From the IMG/VR virus record IMGVR_UViG_3300032237_000707, positions 1 to 32,376 of that record: a stretch of DNA of 32,376 bases; one strand, written 5' to 3'. Below, one piece after another: positions 1 to 8,832 of the stretch; within the stretch, counting starts at the first letter, position 1; every line of letters starts with the position of its first letter. This stretch comes from a virus. Lineage: Duplodnaviria; Caudoviricetes. The position numbers and the translations under genes are program-made. The notes beneath the pieces are model-generated. The model did not search any database. It saw only the letters and a list, made by a program, of their open reading frames with translations, and was not told where the DNA came from.

Positions 1-63
1 CCCCGACCCCAGGCTTTCTCCCCCTACGGGGTGCGGCGGTTTGGCAAAACGCGAGGTTCAACC

Positions 64-459
64 ATGATCACAATAAGCAAGAACCCGCCCCGGAAGAAGC
101 GAGGCGAGACGCCGACGATTGAAGTCGTCGCGTTGCCATCGCCGCCGACCGTCGAACGCGACCGCGTCATCGACATAGAGCGCCAGATCCTCCATATTGA
201 CCATCTGTTGAAACTCGCCGAGGATCGCGACCTTCAGGGCATTGCTCGCCTCATGGGTACACGTCGCGGACTCGCCGAGGACCTCCGGGTCGAGCTTGAG
301 CGGCGCGAACAAGTGTCGACTTCCGGCAACGCGCGCGAGCTCGAGGAGGCGCTTGTCGCGGCGCTCGCCGAGGTCGACGAGGATCGGCTCGCCCGCGTGC
401 TCGGAGAGGTTTCGCGTCGACGCGGCCGCGACCTCGCGTCGCTTATCGGGGGTGAATGA
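64..459 (+). CDS. Probable terminase small subunit (131 aa)
   Basis: GAGG upstream of ATG 64; helical protein; ATGA overlap with the terminase large subunit; function by synteny only. Confidence 0.55.
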   Translation: MITISKNPPRKKRGETPTIEVVALPSPPTVERDRVIDIERQILHIDHLLKLAEDRDLQGIARLMGTRRGLAEDLRVELERREQVSTSGNARELEEALVAALAEVDEDRLARVLGEVSRRRGRDLASLIGGE

Positions 460-1901
460 TGGTCGCCGACCTCGCCGCCCTCCGTCGAGCGGCCACCCTC
501 GCCACCGAGCTCGCCGCGAGGGATACCGCGTGGGACGTCGACCACGTCAGATGGACGCCGCCGCAGGGCGTGTTCCTTCGCTCGACCGAGCCGATCGTTC
601 TCCTTCGCACGGGGAACCAGTGGCTTGGGAAGTCGACGGTCGGAATCGCCGACGTGATCCTCCGATGCCTCGGTCGACATCCGGCCGATCCTCGAGGTCA
701 GCGGCCGCCGATCATCGCATGGGTCATCTCGCCGACGAACACCCACTCGGTCGGAATCCAAGGTAAAGCCTGGACCCTCGCCCCGAAACACGAACTGGCG
801 CCCGGTCAAGCCTATGACGACGTCAAGGGGTTTCGCGGCCGATATGCGGCGTTGCGATTCGGAAACGGGTCCATCATTCACTTTCGCACCGACCGTCAGG
901 GCGCGCTCACGCTGTCGGGGGCGACGATCGACCACGTCCTCATCGACGAGCTGTGCAGCCCGCGCGTTTACCAGGAACTCAAGAAGCGCGTCGCCCGTCG
1001 AAACGGTAGCATTCGCCTAACCTTGACCCCGATCAACGCGCCGGCCGACTGGCTCCGGGAGATCGCCGCGCAAGGCGAGGTGGTCGACCTGCATTTCAAG
1101 TGCCGCCCCGAGTACGCCATTCCCGAGGGGGAGGTCGAACCACTCCGCGATCCGAAGTCGGGCCGGCCCATGGACGCCGACTGGTTCGCGGAGTTTCGCG
1201 CATCGTCACCAGAGGACGAACGCCCGGTCGTGATTGACGGAGAATGGCAGATCGAACATAAGGATCGCGAGCTCGCCGGGTGGAGTGACCGATATATCTA
1301 CACATCCCATGACAGCCTGCCCCGATTCGCGGAGTACGGGCTCGGGATCGACTACGGGCAAGCGAGCGACCGAACCGTCGCGATCCTTGCGGCTTACTCT
1401 CCCGAGCGGGGTGTCTACGTGCTCGAAGAATGGGTGGGCGACGGCAAGGTTCCGATCCTCGAGCAAGCCCAGGCGATCCGCCGAATGATCCGCCGTCGCG
1501 GCCTGCACATCAAGGACATTGGCCACCGGATCGGGGATATCAACAGCGCCGGCCTCCTCGGCTACATCGGCAGCATGAACGAGGCGCTGACCGAGGCGAT
1601 GCGCACCGTGGTCAAGGCCGAGCGAGATCCGGCCCTTCCGCCGGACTGGGGATTCGTCTCGGCAAACAAACGGCGCGGAAGCGTCGGGTATCGCCTCCGA
1701 CTGTTGAACGGCTCGCTGGCCGCCCAGCGATTGTGGGTGCATGAATCGTGCAACCGCCTGATAACGTCGATGCGAACGTATAAACCCGGACTAAAATCGT
1801 CGCTGATCCTCAAAGATCCGCTCGATGCTCTCGGCTATGTCGCCGAGACCTGGATGCGGAGCGCCACTCCGCAGCCGACCGCGATCGAACTTCGCCGGTA
1901 G
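456..1901 (+). CDS. terL: Terminase large subunit
   Basis: Walker A-like GNQWLGKST, Walker B HVLIDE, motif III LTLTP, RNase H-like nuclease GIDYG and C-terminal DPLDALGY. Confidence 0.92.
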   Translation: MMVADLAALRRAATLATELAARDTAWDVDHVRWTPPQGVFLRSTEPIVLLRTGNQWLGKSTVGIADVILRCLGRHPADPRGQRPPIIAWVISPTNTHSVGIQGKAWTLAPKHELAPGQAYDDVKGFRGRYAALRFGNGSIIHFRTDRQGALTLSGATIDHVLIDELCSPRVYQELKKRVARRNGSIRLTLTPINAPADWLREIAAQGEVVDLHFKCRPEYAIPEGEVEPLRDPKSGRPMDADWFAEFRASSPEDERPVVIDGEWQIEHKDRELAGWSDRYIYTSHDSLPRFAEYGLGIDYGQASDRTVAILAAYSPERGVYVLEEWVGDGKVPILEQAQAIRRMIRRRGLHIKDIGHRIGDINSAGLLGYIGSMNEALTEAMRTVVKAERDPALPPDWGFVSANKRRGSVGYRLRLLNGSLAAQRLWVHESCNRLITSMRTYKPGLKSSLILKDPLDALGYVAETWMRSATPQPTAIELRR

Positions 1902-1946
1902 CCGGCCGGGCTCCGACGCGATACGCAAGCGACGAGGGGACATCTC

Positions 1947-3680
1947 ATGTACCTGCCGATCCCGAGTCATGAGCGCGCGCGAATCGAAGAGGGCGAGCTC
2001 CGAATGAGCCTGCTCGAGGGCCGGTGGGATGGCGCCCTTCGCGAGCGCATGGGCCGGTTCTTCGCCGAGTCCGTTCGGGATCGAATCAGCTCGGCCGTCG
2101 ACATGAGCCGCGCGCCGTTCAAATACTCGATCGACGCATTGAACCTACTTTATCTCGACGCTCCGACCGTCGCGGCGGGTGACGCCGACCTGTCGCCTCT
2201 CTCCGGCGCGACCCTGTGGCCGATCCGACACCAGGCCCACCGGATCGTCCTCGGTCTCGGCGAATGCCTCATTCGGTGGGATGTATCCGAATCGGGCGGG
2301 GTGCGCCGTCTCACACATCGACTCGTTCTCCCGCACCGGTGCGAAGTCGTCACCGATCCGCGAGATCAGTTTCGGGTCCTCGTTATTCGCGAGATGATGG
2401 AGGTCCCGCAACCCGATGGTCGACACTGTCTCTACCGTGAAACGCACGATGTTCGCCCAGAAGCGCCGACGCCGTATATGGTCGAGGAGTGGGTGAGCGA
2501 TGAGTCGGGCGCGCATCAGTGGGTTGACGTGACGGCCGAACAGACACGCGGCCTCGAGGGCGGGGTTCCCTACCGTGACTCGGCCGGCGCTCAGATCATC
2601 CCCTACGCGATCCACCATCAGTACCTCGGATCGCACACCTGGCAATGGCGCGTCTGGTCTGAGCTCGTCGCGGCGCAACTGCACTCGGGATGTCTCCAGA
2701 CCTGGTTGCTTGCCGGCATTCGCGACAACGCCTATCCAACTCGGGTAGCGATTGATCTCGACATTCCGAGCGGGACGGTGATCCCCGAAGGGTCGATCGC
2801 GGGGCAGGGCGGAAGCGCCTACATCACGATCGAGCCTTCGACGATCCTCCGCATGCGAACGGCGAACACGGCGACGGGCACCGGTTCGATCGCGACTCTC
2901 GCCGCGACCATGGACCCGGCGGCGGTTTCGGGTGTGATCGCCAGCTACGTTGAGCAGGCGCTTCAAGATGCGGGGTTGGGGCCGGCGGACGAGGCACCGG
3001 CGAAGGGCGTCAGCGGACACGCGATCTCGATCTCCCGTGACGCGCTGCGTCGCAGCCAACGCCAGCAAATCCCGGCCGCCCGCCTCGGGGATCAGGTCAT
3101 GCTTGCCCTCGGCGCGCGGCTCGCAAATCGCTACCTTGGAACGGCGCTTCCCGAAGATCCGGCGGCATACTCGCTGTCCTATCACGGCATCCCTTTGTCG
3201 ACTGCCGAGGTGCAGAGCACCGTCGATCGCGTGACCCGTCTCCTCGACGCTGGCCTGATGACTCGCGCGATGGCACTCCGTGAGGTCCATCCGTACCTCT
3301 CCGAGGCGGACGCCGCCCAGCTCGCGGACGAGATCGACGGCACAAAACCCGAGCCGGTCGCCACACCGGCGCCAGCGCCGGAACCCGCGCCCGTCGAGCC
3401 GGTCGACATGGCGGCTGACGCCGAGGAGGACGCGGGCGAGGTGGGGATCTCGCCGGACATGGTTGAACAGATCCTCGAGATCGTCGAGTCCGTCGCCGAG
3501 CGTGAGATCCCGCGCGCGTCGGGTCTCGCGATCCTGACCCGGATCCTCGGCGATGACGAGGAGGCCGCCGCCCGCATGCTCGCCGACGCCGGCGCCGGTT
3601 TCGCCCCGGCCGCCGAGCCGATCAAAGTCGACGTCGCGAGCACGCAGCCGGTCGGCGTGTCGATCGCCGTCGAGGAGTAG
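1947..3680 (+). CDS. Portal protein with acidic/Pro-rich C-terminal extension (577 aa)
   Basis: Follows terL; size; C-terminal GLMTRAMALREVHP..SEADA..L motif typical of portals; GAGGG RBS. Confidence 0.78.
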   Translation: MYLPIPSHERARIEEGELRMSLLEGRWDGALRERMGRFFAESVRDRISSAVDMSRAPFKYSIDALNLLYLDAPTVAAGDADLSPLSGATLWPIRHQAHRIVLGLGECLIRWDVSESGGVRRLTHRLVLPHRCEVVTDPRDQFRVLVIREMMEVPQPDGRHCLYRETHDVRPEAPTPYMVEEWVSDESGAHQWVDVTAEQTRGLEGGVPYRDSAGAQIIPYAIHHQYLGSHTWQWRVWSELVAAQLHSGCLQTWLLAGIRDNAYPTRVAIDLDIPSGTVIPEGSIAGQGGSAYITIEPSTILRMRTANTATGTGSIATLAATMDPAAVSGVIASYVEQALQDAGLGPADEAPAKGVSGHAISISRDALRRSQRQQIPAARLGDQVMLALGARLANRYLGTALPEDPAAYSLSYHGIPLSTAEVQSTVDRVTRLLDAGLMTRAMALREVHPYLSEADAAQLADEIDGTKPEPVATPAPAPEPAPVEPVDMAADAEEDAGEVGISPDMVEQILEIVESVAEREIPRASGLAILTRILGDDEEAAARMLADAGAGFAPAAEPIKVDVASTQPVGVSIAVEE

Positions 3681-3682
3681 AC

Positions 3683-3994
3683 ATGCCAGTTCCGCCGCTC
3701 GCCGTCCGTCGCGCCGCCGCCGATGGTCTCCGACTCCGAGAGCAGTACAACCGGGGCGGGACCGAGATCGGGGTAGCTCGCGCCCGCGACCTATCGGGCG
3801 GTCGGAACGTCAGCATCGACACATTACGTCGGATGATCGCCTACTTCGATCGCCATGAGATCGACCTCGACGCACCGGCGGCCCATCGAGGGAATCCAGG
3901 ATACCCGAGCGCCGGTAAAATTGCGTGGCTTCTGTGGGGCGGAGATCCCGGCCGGGCGTGGGCGAAACGCGAGTTAGCAGCGATTGAATCTTAA
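3683..3994 (+). CDS. Conserved phage head-region protein of unknown function (103 aa)
   Basis: Motifs GGTEIGVARARDL, TLRRMIAYFDRH, PSAGKIAWLLWGG resemble a small domain I recall from head modules of environmental phages; starts 2 nt after portal stop. Confidence 0.75.
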   Translation: MPVPPLAVRRAAADGLRLREQYNRGGTEIGVARARDLSGGRNVSIDTLRRMIAYFDRHEIDLDAPAAHRGNPGYPSAGKIAWLLWGGDPGRAWAKRELAAIES

Positions 3995-4007
3995 CACCGG
4001 AGATACC

Positions 4008-4601
4008 ATGGCAGACGAGACCGCCGACCAACCGCCCGAACACTGGCGCACCATCACCCCGGAGGCGAGCTGGCGTGAGCTGTCGTCGACGCGCGCGAAG
4101 CTCGCCGCCGAACGGGCCAGCGCACAGCAGGCCGTCGCTCGGGTCGCCGAACTCGAGGGGCTGATCAATCAGGTCGAACCGAAGCTTCAGCGGGTCGCCG
4201 ACCTCGAAGCGATGACCGCCCGCCTACAGTCTCGCCTATCCATGAGCCGGCTCGGGATCGTCGATGACGAGGTGGCCGAGATCGCGGAACAACGATTCAG
4301 CCGATACCAGTCGGCGGCGGGCAAGGATGCGAAGGCGCTTGACGCATGGCTCGCCGAGGAGGCGCGCGCCGATCGGATCCTCTCGCCGCTTCTCGCGCCG
4401 GCCGCGAGCGCGACCCCGACCGCGCCGCTCCCTCCGGTCCCGGTCGTCCCGGCGCCGACCGCGCCGCAACGAACGTCCGGAACCACGGCTGACGAGATCG
4501 CGCGCATCCGTGCCGCGAATCAGGGTCGAATCCCGAAGGAGGTACAGAAGGACCTCGGAACCCGAATCTCGCTCGGCGACTTGCTCGGCGGACGTCGATA
4601 G
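4008..4601 (+). CDS. Capsid scaffolding protein (197 aa)
   Basis: GGAGA RBS; coiled coil followed by Pro/Ala linker; directly upstream of major capsid gene. Confidence 0.68.
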   Translation: MADETADQPPEHWRTITPEASWRELSSTRAKLAAERASAQQAVARVAELEGLINQVEPKLQRVADLEAMTARLQSRLSMSRLGIVDDEVAEIAEQRFSRYQSAAGKDAKALDAWLAEEARADRILSPLLAPAASATPTAPLPPVPVVPAPTAPQRTSGTTADEIARIRAANQGRIPKEVQKDLGTRISLGDLLGGRR

Positions 4602-4609
4602 GGTAGCCT
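4581..4609 (+). promoter_or_regulatory. Sigma70-like promoter upstream of capsid leader
   Basis: TTGCTC (4581-4586)-N17-TAGCCT (4604-4609). Confidence 0.45.
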
Positions 4610-4647
4610 ACACGAAAGCACGACCGCCCGCTCCCGAGCTGCGTCAC

Positions 4648-4710
4648 CGCTCGCGTATCAGGTCATCATGATCACCGCCGCGCCATCACTGGCGCGCGAT
4701 ACGCGAGGCG
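4648..4710 (+). ncRNA. Structured 5' leader (three-way junction) of major capsid gene
   Basis: Outer stem CTCGCGTATC 4650-4659 / GATACGCGAG 4698-4707; inner GGTcATCATGATcACC 4661-4676 and CGCGCCA-TCAC-TGGCGCG 4679-4696; outer stem overlaps SD GAGG. Confidence 0.55.
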
Positions 4711-4714
4711 AAAC

Positions 4715-5659
4715 ATGGCGAACGAAGTAACTAACGCATCATTCGTGACGAACGGCGGCCGCACCGCCGAAATCTTGGCGGGCATCGTCCAGGAGGCGCT
4801 GTACGATCCGACCGACGTGCGGAGCACCGCGCTCATGGTCCCCTGGATTGCGGCCGGCTCGGCGAGCCTCGAGGCCCTCGTCGACGCCGCTCCCGGTGCC
4901 GGCGCGGCGGATTCCACCGAAATCGCCAGCGGCGCCAGCAACTCGGCGTACACGACCGCCGGAAAGAACATCACGATCGCTGGGTACACCCGGCAGTACC
5001 AGATCAGTGACCTGTTTGGCGTCACGGCCGGCGCGGGTCAGGTGGATGCGTCGCGGATCGCCATGAAGCTCGAGCGCGCGTTGACTCTCACCCTGACCGA
5101 CTTGATCACGGCGTTGTACACCGGTTTTGCGAACTCGGTCGGGACCTCGGGCGTCAACTTGTCGACCTCCGACATGTACTCGGCGATGTATCAGTTGATC
5201 AACTCGAACGTCCCGTTCGGTCCGACCTCGCCGGTGTTCTGCGTGTTGCATCCTCAGCAGTTCGTAGACTTCATGTCGTCGCTGCGCGGCGAGACCGGGT
5301 CGGACTCGCTCCAGGTCGACACCGCCCAGCAGCTCCGCTTCTCGGGCCCCGGCTATAAAGGCGTTTGGAAGGGAGTTCAGATCTTCACCTCTGACTCGGT
5401 CGTGTCGGCTAACGCGGGTGCGGACCGTGCGGGCGCGATGTACGGTCTCGGCGCGATCGGCTACACTCTCGGCGATGTCCGCCCGCTTGTCGGGCTCCAC
5501 ATCCCGAACGAGGACGTCCTGATGGCCACTCCCGAGATGATCATCGAACGCCGCCGTGCGACCGGTTCTGATCCGCTTTCGACGCTTGTTGCTCACTTCT
5601 TCCCCGGCGTCGTTGAGCTGGAAGATTTGCGCGGCGTCCAGATCGTCACCGACCTCTAA
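4715..5659 (+). CDS. Major capsid protein (HK97-fold expected, 314 aa)
   Basis: Position after scaffold; size; capsid-like motifs VLHPQQFVDF and GVWKGVQIFTSD. Confidence 0.85.
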   Translation: MANEVTNASFVTNGGRTAEILAGIVQEALYDPTDVRSTALMVPWIAAGSASLEALVDAAPGAGAADSTEIASGASNSAYTTAGKNITIAGYTRQYQISDLFGVTAGAGQVDASRIAMKLERALTLTLTDLITALYTGFANSVGTSGVNLSTSDMYSAMYQLINSNVPFGPTSPVFCVLHPQQFVDFMSSLRGETGSDSLQVDTAQQLRFSGPGYKGVWKGVQIFTSDSVVSANAGADRAGAMYGLGAIGYTLGDVRPLVGLHIPNEDVLMATPEMIIERRRATGSDPLSTLVAHFFPGVVELEDLRGVQIVTDL

Positions 5660-5663
5660 TCCT

Positions 5664-5726
5664 GGGTCGCGGGTCGCGGCGCCGGGCTCTCTCCGGTGTC
5701 GCGGCCGTCGCGATCCGCGACTCTTT
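5664..5726 (+). terminator. Long stem-loop after capsid gene (terminator or mRNA stabiliser)
   Basis: 5664-5680 pairs with 5707-5723 over 17 bp with three G-U wobbles; followed by only TTT. Confidence 0.55.
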
Positions 5727-5749
5727 GACCCGATACCGGAGAAACCACC

Positions 5750-6538
5750 ATGGCAACGCCACAACCGCTCCCAGCACCACAGGCATACCGTCAGAGCGAG
5801 GTCGACCACAGCGACCGCCTGTCACAGATGCGCCAGTCCCATCCTCGGTATGTCTACGCTCACCACTGGCAAGCGTGGGCGTATACTGAGGTCGCCGAAA
5901 GCGGCAAGGTCATCCCCGGCGAGGATCTCGGTCGCGGTCTCGGTCGCGGCGAGTGGGTCCCGGTGCTCCACCGCATCTTCGTTCGCAAGGGTTTGAGCGG
6001 GGCTTCGACCGATACCGACGTCGAAGCGCCAATCGCCAATGCGGTTCGGAAAGGCGCCAGTGTCATCCGACCTGGCGACAGTCGACTGGGTCAATGGGCG
6101 GATTATCTCAGGATCTATCGTGATATGTCCGGCGCGATTCACTACGTCGAGCAGACTGAGCAGGCCGTCCGACTCCCGAGCGGCGAGACCGTTCTGCGAC
6201 CGAACGAACAGAAGTATCACGCCTTCCTCGCGCACATTCGCGATCATGGCGTCGTCGATCCGATGAGCCCCATCGCCTATGAGGCGATCAGGACGCGGAT
6301 GGAAGCCGAGATCGAGTATCTCCGCGAGGCCGCCACCCGAACCGGGTCCTCGCCGCAACTCGAGCGCAAGCTCCGGATCCTTGCAGCGATGGACGCCGCG
6401 TGGCAAGCCGAGCAGGATCGTCAGGCGGGTCTCGCCGGCCCGGCCGTCGAGCTCGAGGTCGAAGTCGTCGACGCGCCCGATGCCGATCTCACTGCCGCCG
6501 AAATGGAACTTGCGCGCTCGAAGCGAGGAAAACGATGA
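5750..6538 (+). CDS. Hypothetical head-associated protein (262 aa)
   Basis: GGAGA RBS; ATGA overlap with next gene; no recognisable motif. Confidence 0.75.
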   Translation: MATPQPLPAPQAYRQSEVDHSDRLSQMRQSHPRYVYAHHWQAWAYTEVAESGKVIPGEDLGRGLGRGEWVPVLHRIFVRKGLSGASTDTDVEAPIANAVRKGASVIRPGDSRLGQWADYLRIYRDMSGAIHYVEQTEQAVRLPSGETVLRPNEQKYHAFLAHIRDHGVVDPMSPIAYEAIRTRMEAEIEYLREAATRTGSSPQLERKLRILAAMDAAWQAEQDRQAGLAGPAVELEVEVVDAPDADLTAAEMELARSKRGKR

Positions 6539-6774
6539 TCCCGGATCTCCGCATCAAGGGCCGGGCGGTTTCGCTCGCCGAGGTATCGGCAGCGCCGTCC
6601 CTGTCGCGGTCGGCGTTCGTCGTCCTACCGGACGAAACGCACTTCGGAGGCCGGAACCCGCTTGAGACGCGCGATAAGATGATCGCCCACTTGCGCGAGA
6701 CCGGCGAGACCTATGAGGCCGCACGGCATCATGCCGACCGAGCCGCCAGAATTCACGATCGCAGGAGCCGATAA
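6535..6774 (+). CDS. Hypothetical protein (79 aa)
   Basis: GAGG RBS; ATGA overlap upstream and TAATG overlap downstream. Confidence 0.6.
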   Translation: MIPDLRIKGRAVSLAEVSAAPSLSRSAFVVLPDETHFGGRNPLETRDKMIAHLRETGETYEAARHHADRAARIHDRRSR

Positions 6775-7109
6775 TGCCATTTGAATACGACCAGTTCAAC
6801 GCCGAGAAGCAGCGCTTCCCCGTGGCTGAAGTCAACGGCCTGGATGTTCGCACGCTGACGGGCGACGTGACGCTTTCCGAAAGGGACGGGCGCATGCACA
6901 TCTTCAATAACGGCGGCGCGGCGCGGAACGTGACCCTGTGGACTACCGGCATTGAAAGCCGAGGTCGCGTCGACACGTTCCATAACTCGGGTGGTGGCGC
7001 GTTTTCGCTGACGATCAAGGATTCGGCCGGAACGACGATCGCGACGATCGCGCAAAACGCTAGCTGTATGGTCGTCAGCAACGGCACGCTCCATATCCGG
7101 ATGCACTGA
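6774..7109 (+). CDS. Small beta-rich virion protein, possible head decoration/fibre (111 aa)
   Basis: AGGAG RBS; Thr/Gly/Asn-rich beta-strand pattern; head module position. Confidence 0.55.
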   Translation: MPFEYDQFNAEKQRFPVAEVNGLDVRTLTGDVTLSERDGRMHIFNNGGAARNVTLWTTGIESRGRVDTFHNSGGGAFSLTIKDSAGTTIATIAQNASCMVVSNGTLHIRMH

Positions 7110-7882
7110 TGGAGCGTCGCCCGTCGCTTCGGATTCTGCGCGGTGGCCCTGACCTGATTCAGCGGGCCACGACGCAGACCCTCGTTTGCGAGGTCGGCGA
7201 TCCGACGACGGGCGAGCGTCCGAGCATCAGCAGCGGGCCGGGTGCATCGACCACGTTTGACCTATGGGATGCGTCGGGTATCCAGGTAGTGACTGCTGGC
7301 GCCGGGACGGTGCTCGGCGCCGGCCGGATCGGCTACTCGTTGGCCGGCGCGACGATCCCCGCGACGACGCCGCTCGGTGAAGGCTGGCGGGAAGTCTGGA
7401 CTTTCACGATCAACGGGACGGCCTACACCGTTGAACGCGACGCAGCGATCTGTCGCCAGGTGCCGACCATCCAAATCGTCGCCGAGGACCTGTATGTCAT
7501 TGACCCATCGCTCGACGGCGCATGGCCGATCCGTCAGGCCGCCGAACACTGGCGACCGCAGATCGACGAGGCCGCGCGTCAAATTCATCAACGGCTCTGG
7601 GAGCAAGGTCGCCGACCTTGGCTGATCTGGTCGCAGGGCTCCCCGCGTCAAGCGGCGTTGCACCTGTGTTTGTCGCTGTGCTACGGCACCGTCGCGACCC
7701 GCCTCGGTGACAGCCGGTGGCATGAGGAGCGCCAAAAGCACATCGACGCTTACGAGCGCGAATGGGATCGCATCCGGTTCGACATCGACACCGACGATAA
7801 CGGCACGAGGAACCGCCAAGAATCGCAGCCGATGATCGTATCCTCGGCGGGTCCGCGCTGGTCGCTGTGGCGGGTGCGATGA
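7109..7882 (+). CDS. Probable head-tail adaptor with N-terminal Ig-like domain (257 aa)
   Basis: Beta-rich N-half (LGEGWREVWTFTING) plus helical C-half; synteny. Confidence 0.5.
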   Translation: MERRPSLRILRGGPDLIQRATTQTLVCEVGDPTTGERPSISSGPGASTTFDLWDASGIQVVTAGAGTVLGAGRIGYSLAGATIPATTPLGEGWREVWTFTINGTAYTVERDAAICRQVPTIQIVAEDLYVIDPSLDGAWPIRQAAEHWRPQIDEAARQIHQRLWEQGRRPWLIWSQGSPRQAALHLCLSLCYGTVATRLGDSRWHEERQKHIDAYEREWDRIRFDIDTDDNGTRNRQESQPMIVSSAGPRWSLWRVR

Positions 7883-8322
7883 CCAGCGCCGAGCTCCGCA
7901 GCCTCATCGCCGCGCGCATCCGAGTCGCGACGGGCTACCCCGAAGCCGACCAGCTCATCGGAGCCGAGGGCGCGCCGCGCACGATCGGGCCGCTGTGCTA
8001 TGAGGTCCGACTCGGCGCGTCGGTCCCGATGTCCTCGCGTCAGCGGTCGGGCGACGCGGTTGCGACCTATGTTCGCCGTTCGATCCAGGTCCGCGTGCTC
8101 TCGGCCGGCAACCCGGCGCGTCGCATCGACCAATGGGACGTCGTCGAGGCCGCAGAACAACGGATCCGTCGCGCGCTCCTGGCCTCGACCGATGACGGCC
8201 TTGCGTGCGTCGAGAACGCCCTCGTCTGGGAGGGCTCCGATGAGCCGCTATACCTCGACGGCGGCGCTTATCGCCTGTCGGTCCTACGCTTTCACGTGTC
8301 ACACCTAGAATCGTTGGAGTAA
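7879..8322 (+). CDS. Probable tail terminator/head-tail joining protein (147 aa)
   Basis: ATGA overlap; alpha/beta pattern; position shortly before tail tube. Confidence 0.5.
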   Translation: MTSAELRSLIAARIRVATGYPEADQLIGAEGAPRTIGPLCYEVRLGASVPMSSRQRSGDAVATYVRRSIQVRVLSAGNPARRIDQWDVVEAAEQRIRRALLASTDDGLACVENALVWEGSDEPLYLDGGAYRLSVLRFHVSHLESLE

Positions 8323-8324
8323 CC

Positions 8325-8804
8325 ATGGCAACTCAGATCCGCGTCAGCGTCCTCGTCGAAGTCACCGAAAACTATACGGGGGACCTGGGCAATCCAGGCA
8401 AGGTCCATCGATGGGCGAAGGACGTCACCTATTTGAACGGCAATGGTTCGAGCCAATACAACAAGGCTTATAGCGATATCGCGAGCGCAACTACGTCTTA
8501 CGACGTGGCGGCCGGTGTGACTGATGCCCAGGGCGCGGCGATCACGATGTCGAAGCTCGGCCTCGTCCTCGCCGAGAACCGGGGGACTACGTCGGGTGAC
8601 GTGATGCGGGTCGGCGGCAACGCCAACGCAGTCCCGCTGTTCAACCTCGCGGCGTCGTATTTCACGCTTGGTCCCCAGGGTTTCGCGCTCCTGGTCAATC
8701 CGGTCGACGGATGGACGGTCACGGCCGCGACTGGTGACCAGCTCGACCTCACCCACACGACCGGCACCTATGATCACGCGCTGATCGTCGCTGGTCGCAA
8801 CTGA
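8325..8804 (+). CDS. Virion structural protein, function unknown (159 aa)
   Basis: GGAG RBS; Thr/Gly/Ala-rich beta protein in tail module. Confidence 0.6.
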   Translation: MATQIRVSVLVEVTENYTGDLGNPGKVHRWAKDVTYLNGNGSSQYNKAYSDIASATTSYDVAAGVTDAQGAAITMSKLGLVLAENRGTTSGDVMRVGGNANAVPLFNLAASYFTLGPQGFALLVNPVDGWTVTAATGDQLDLTHTTGTYDHALIVAGRN

Positions 8805-8832
8805 TCACCCCTAACCCCTCCGAGGTGATCCC

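Noticed and set aside
2145-3290. 381-aa reverse-strand ORF (similar ones at 4739-5809, 10841-11905, 31087-31929)
   Set aside because: Antisense shadows of real genes in GC-rich DNA; Arg-rich, no motifs
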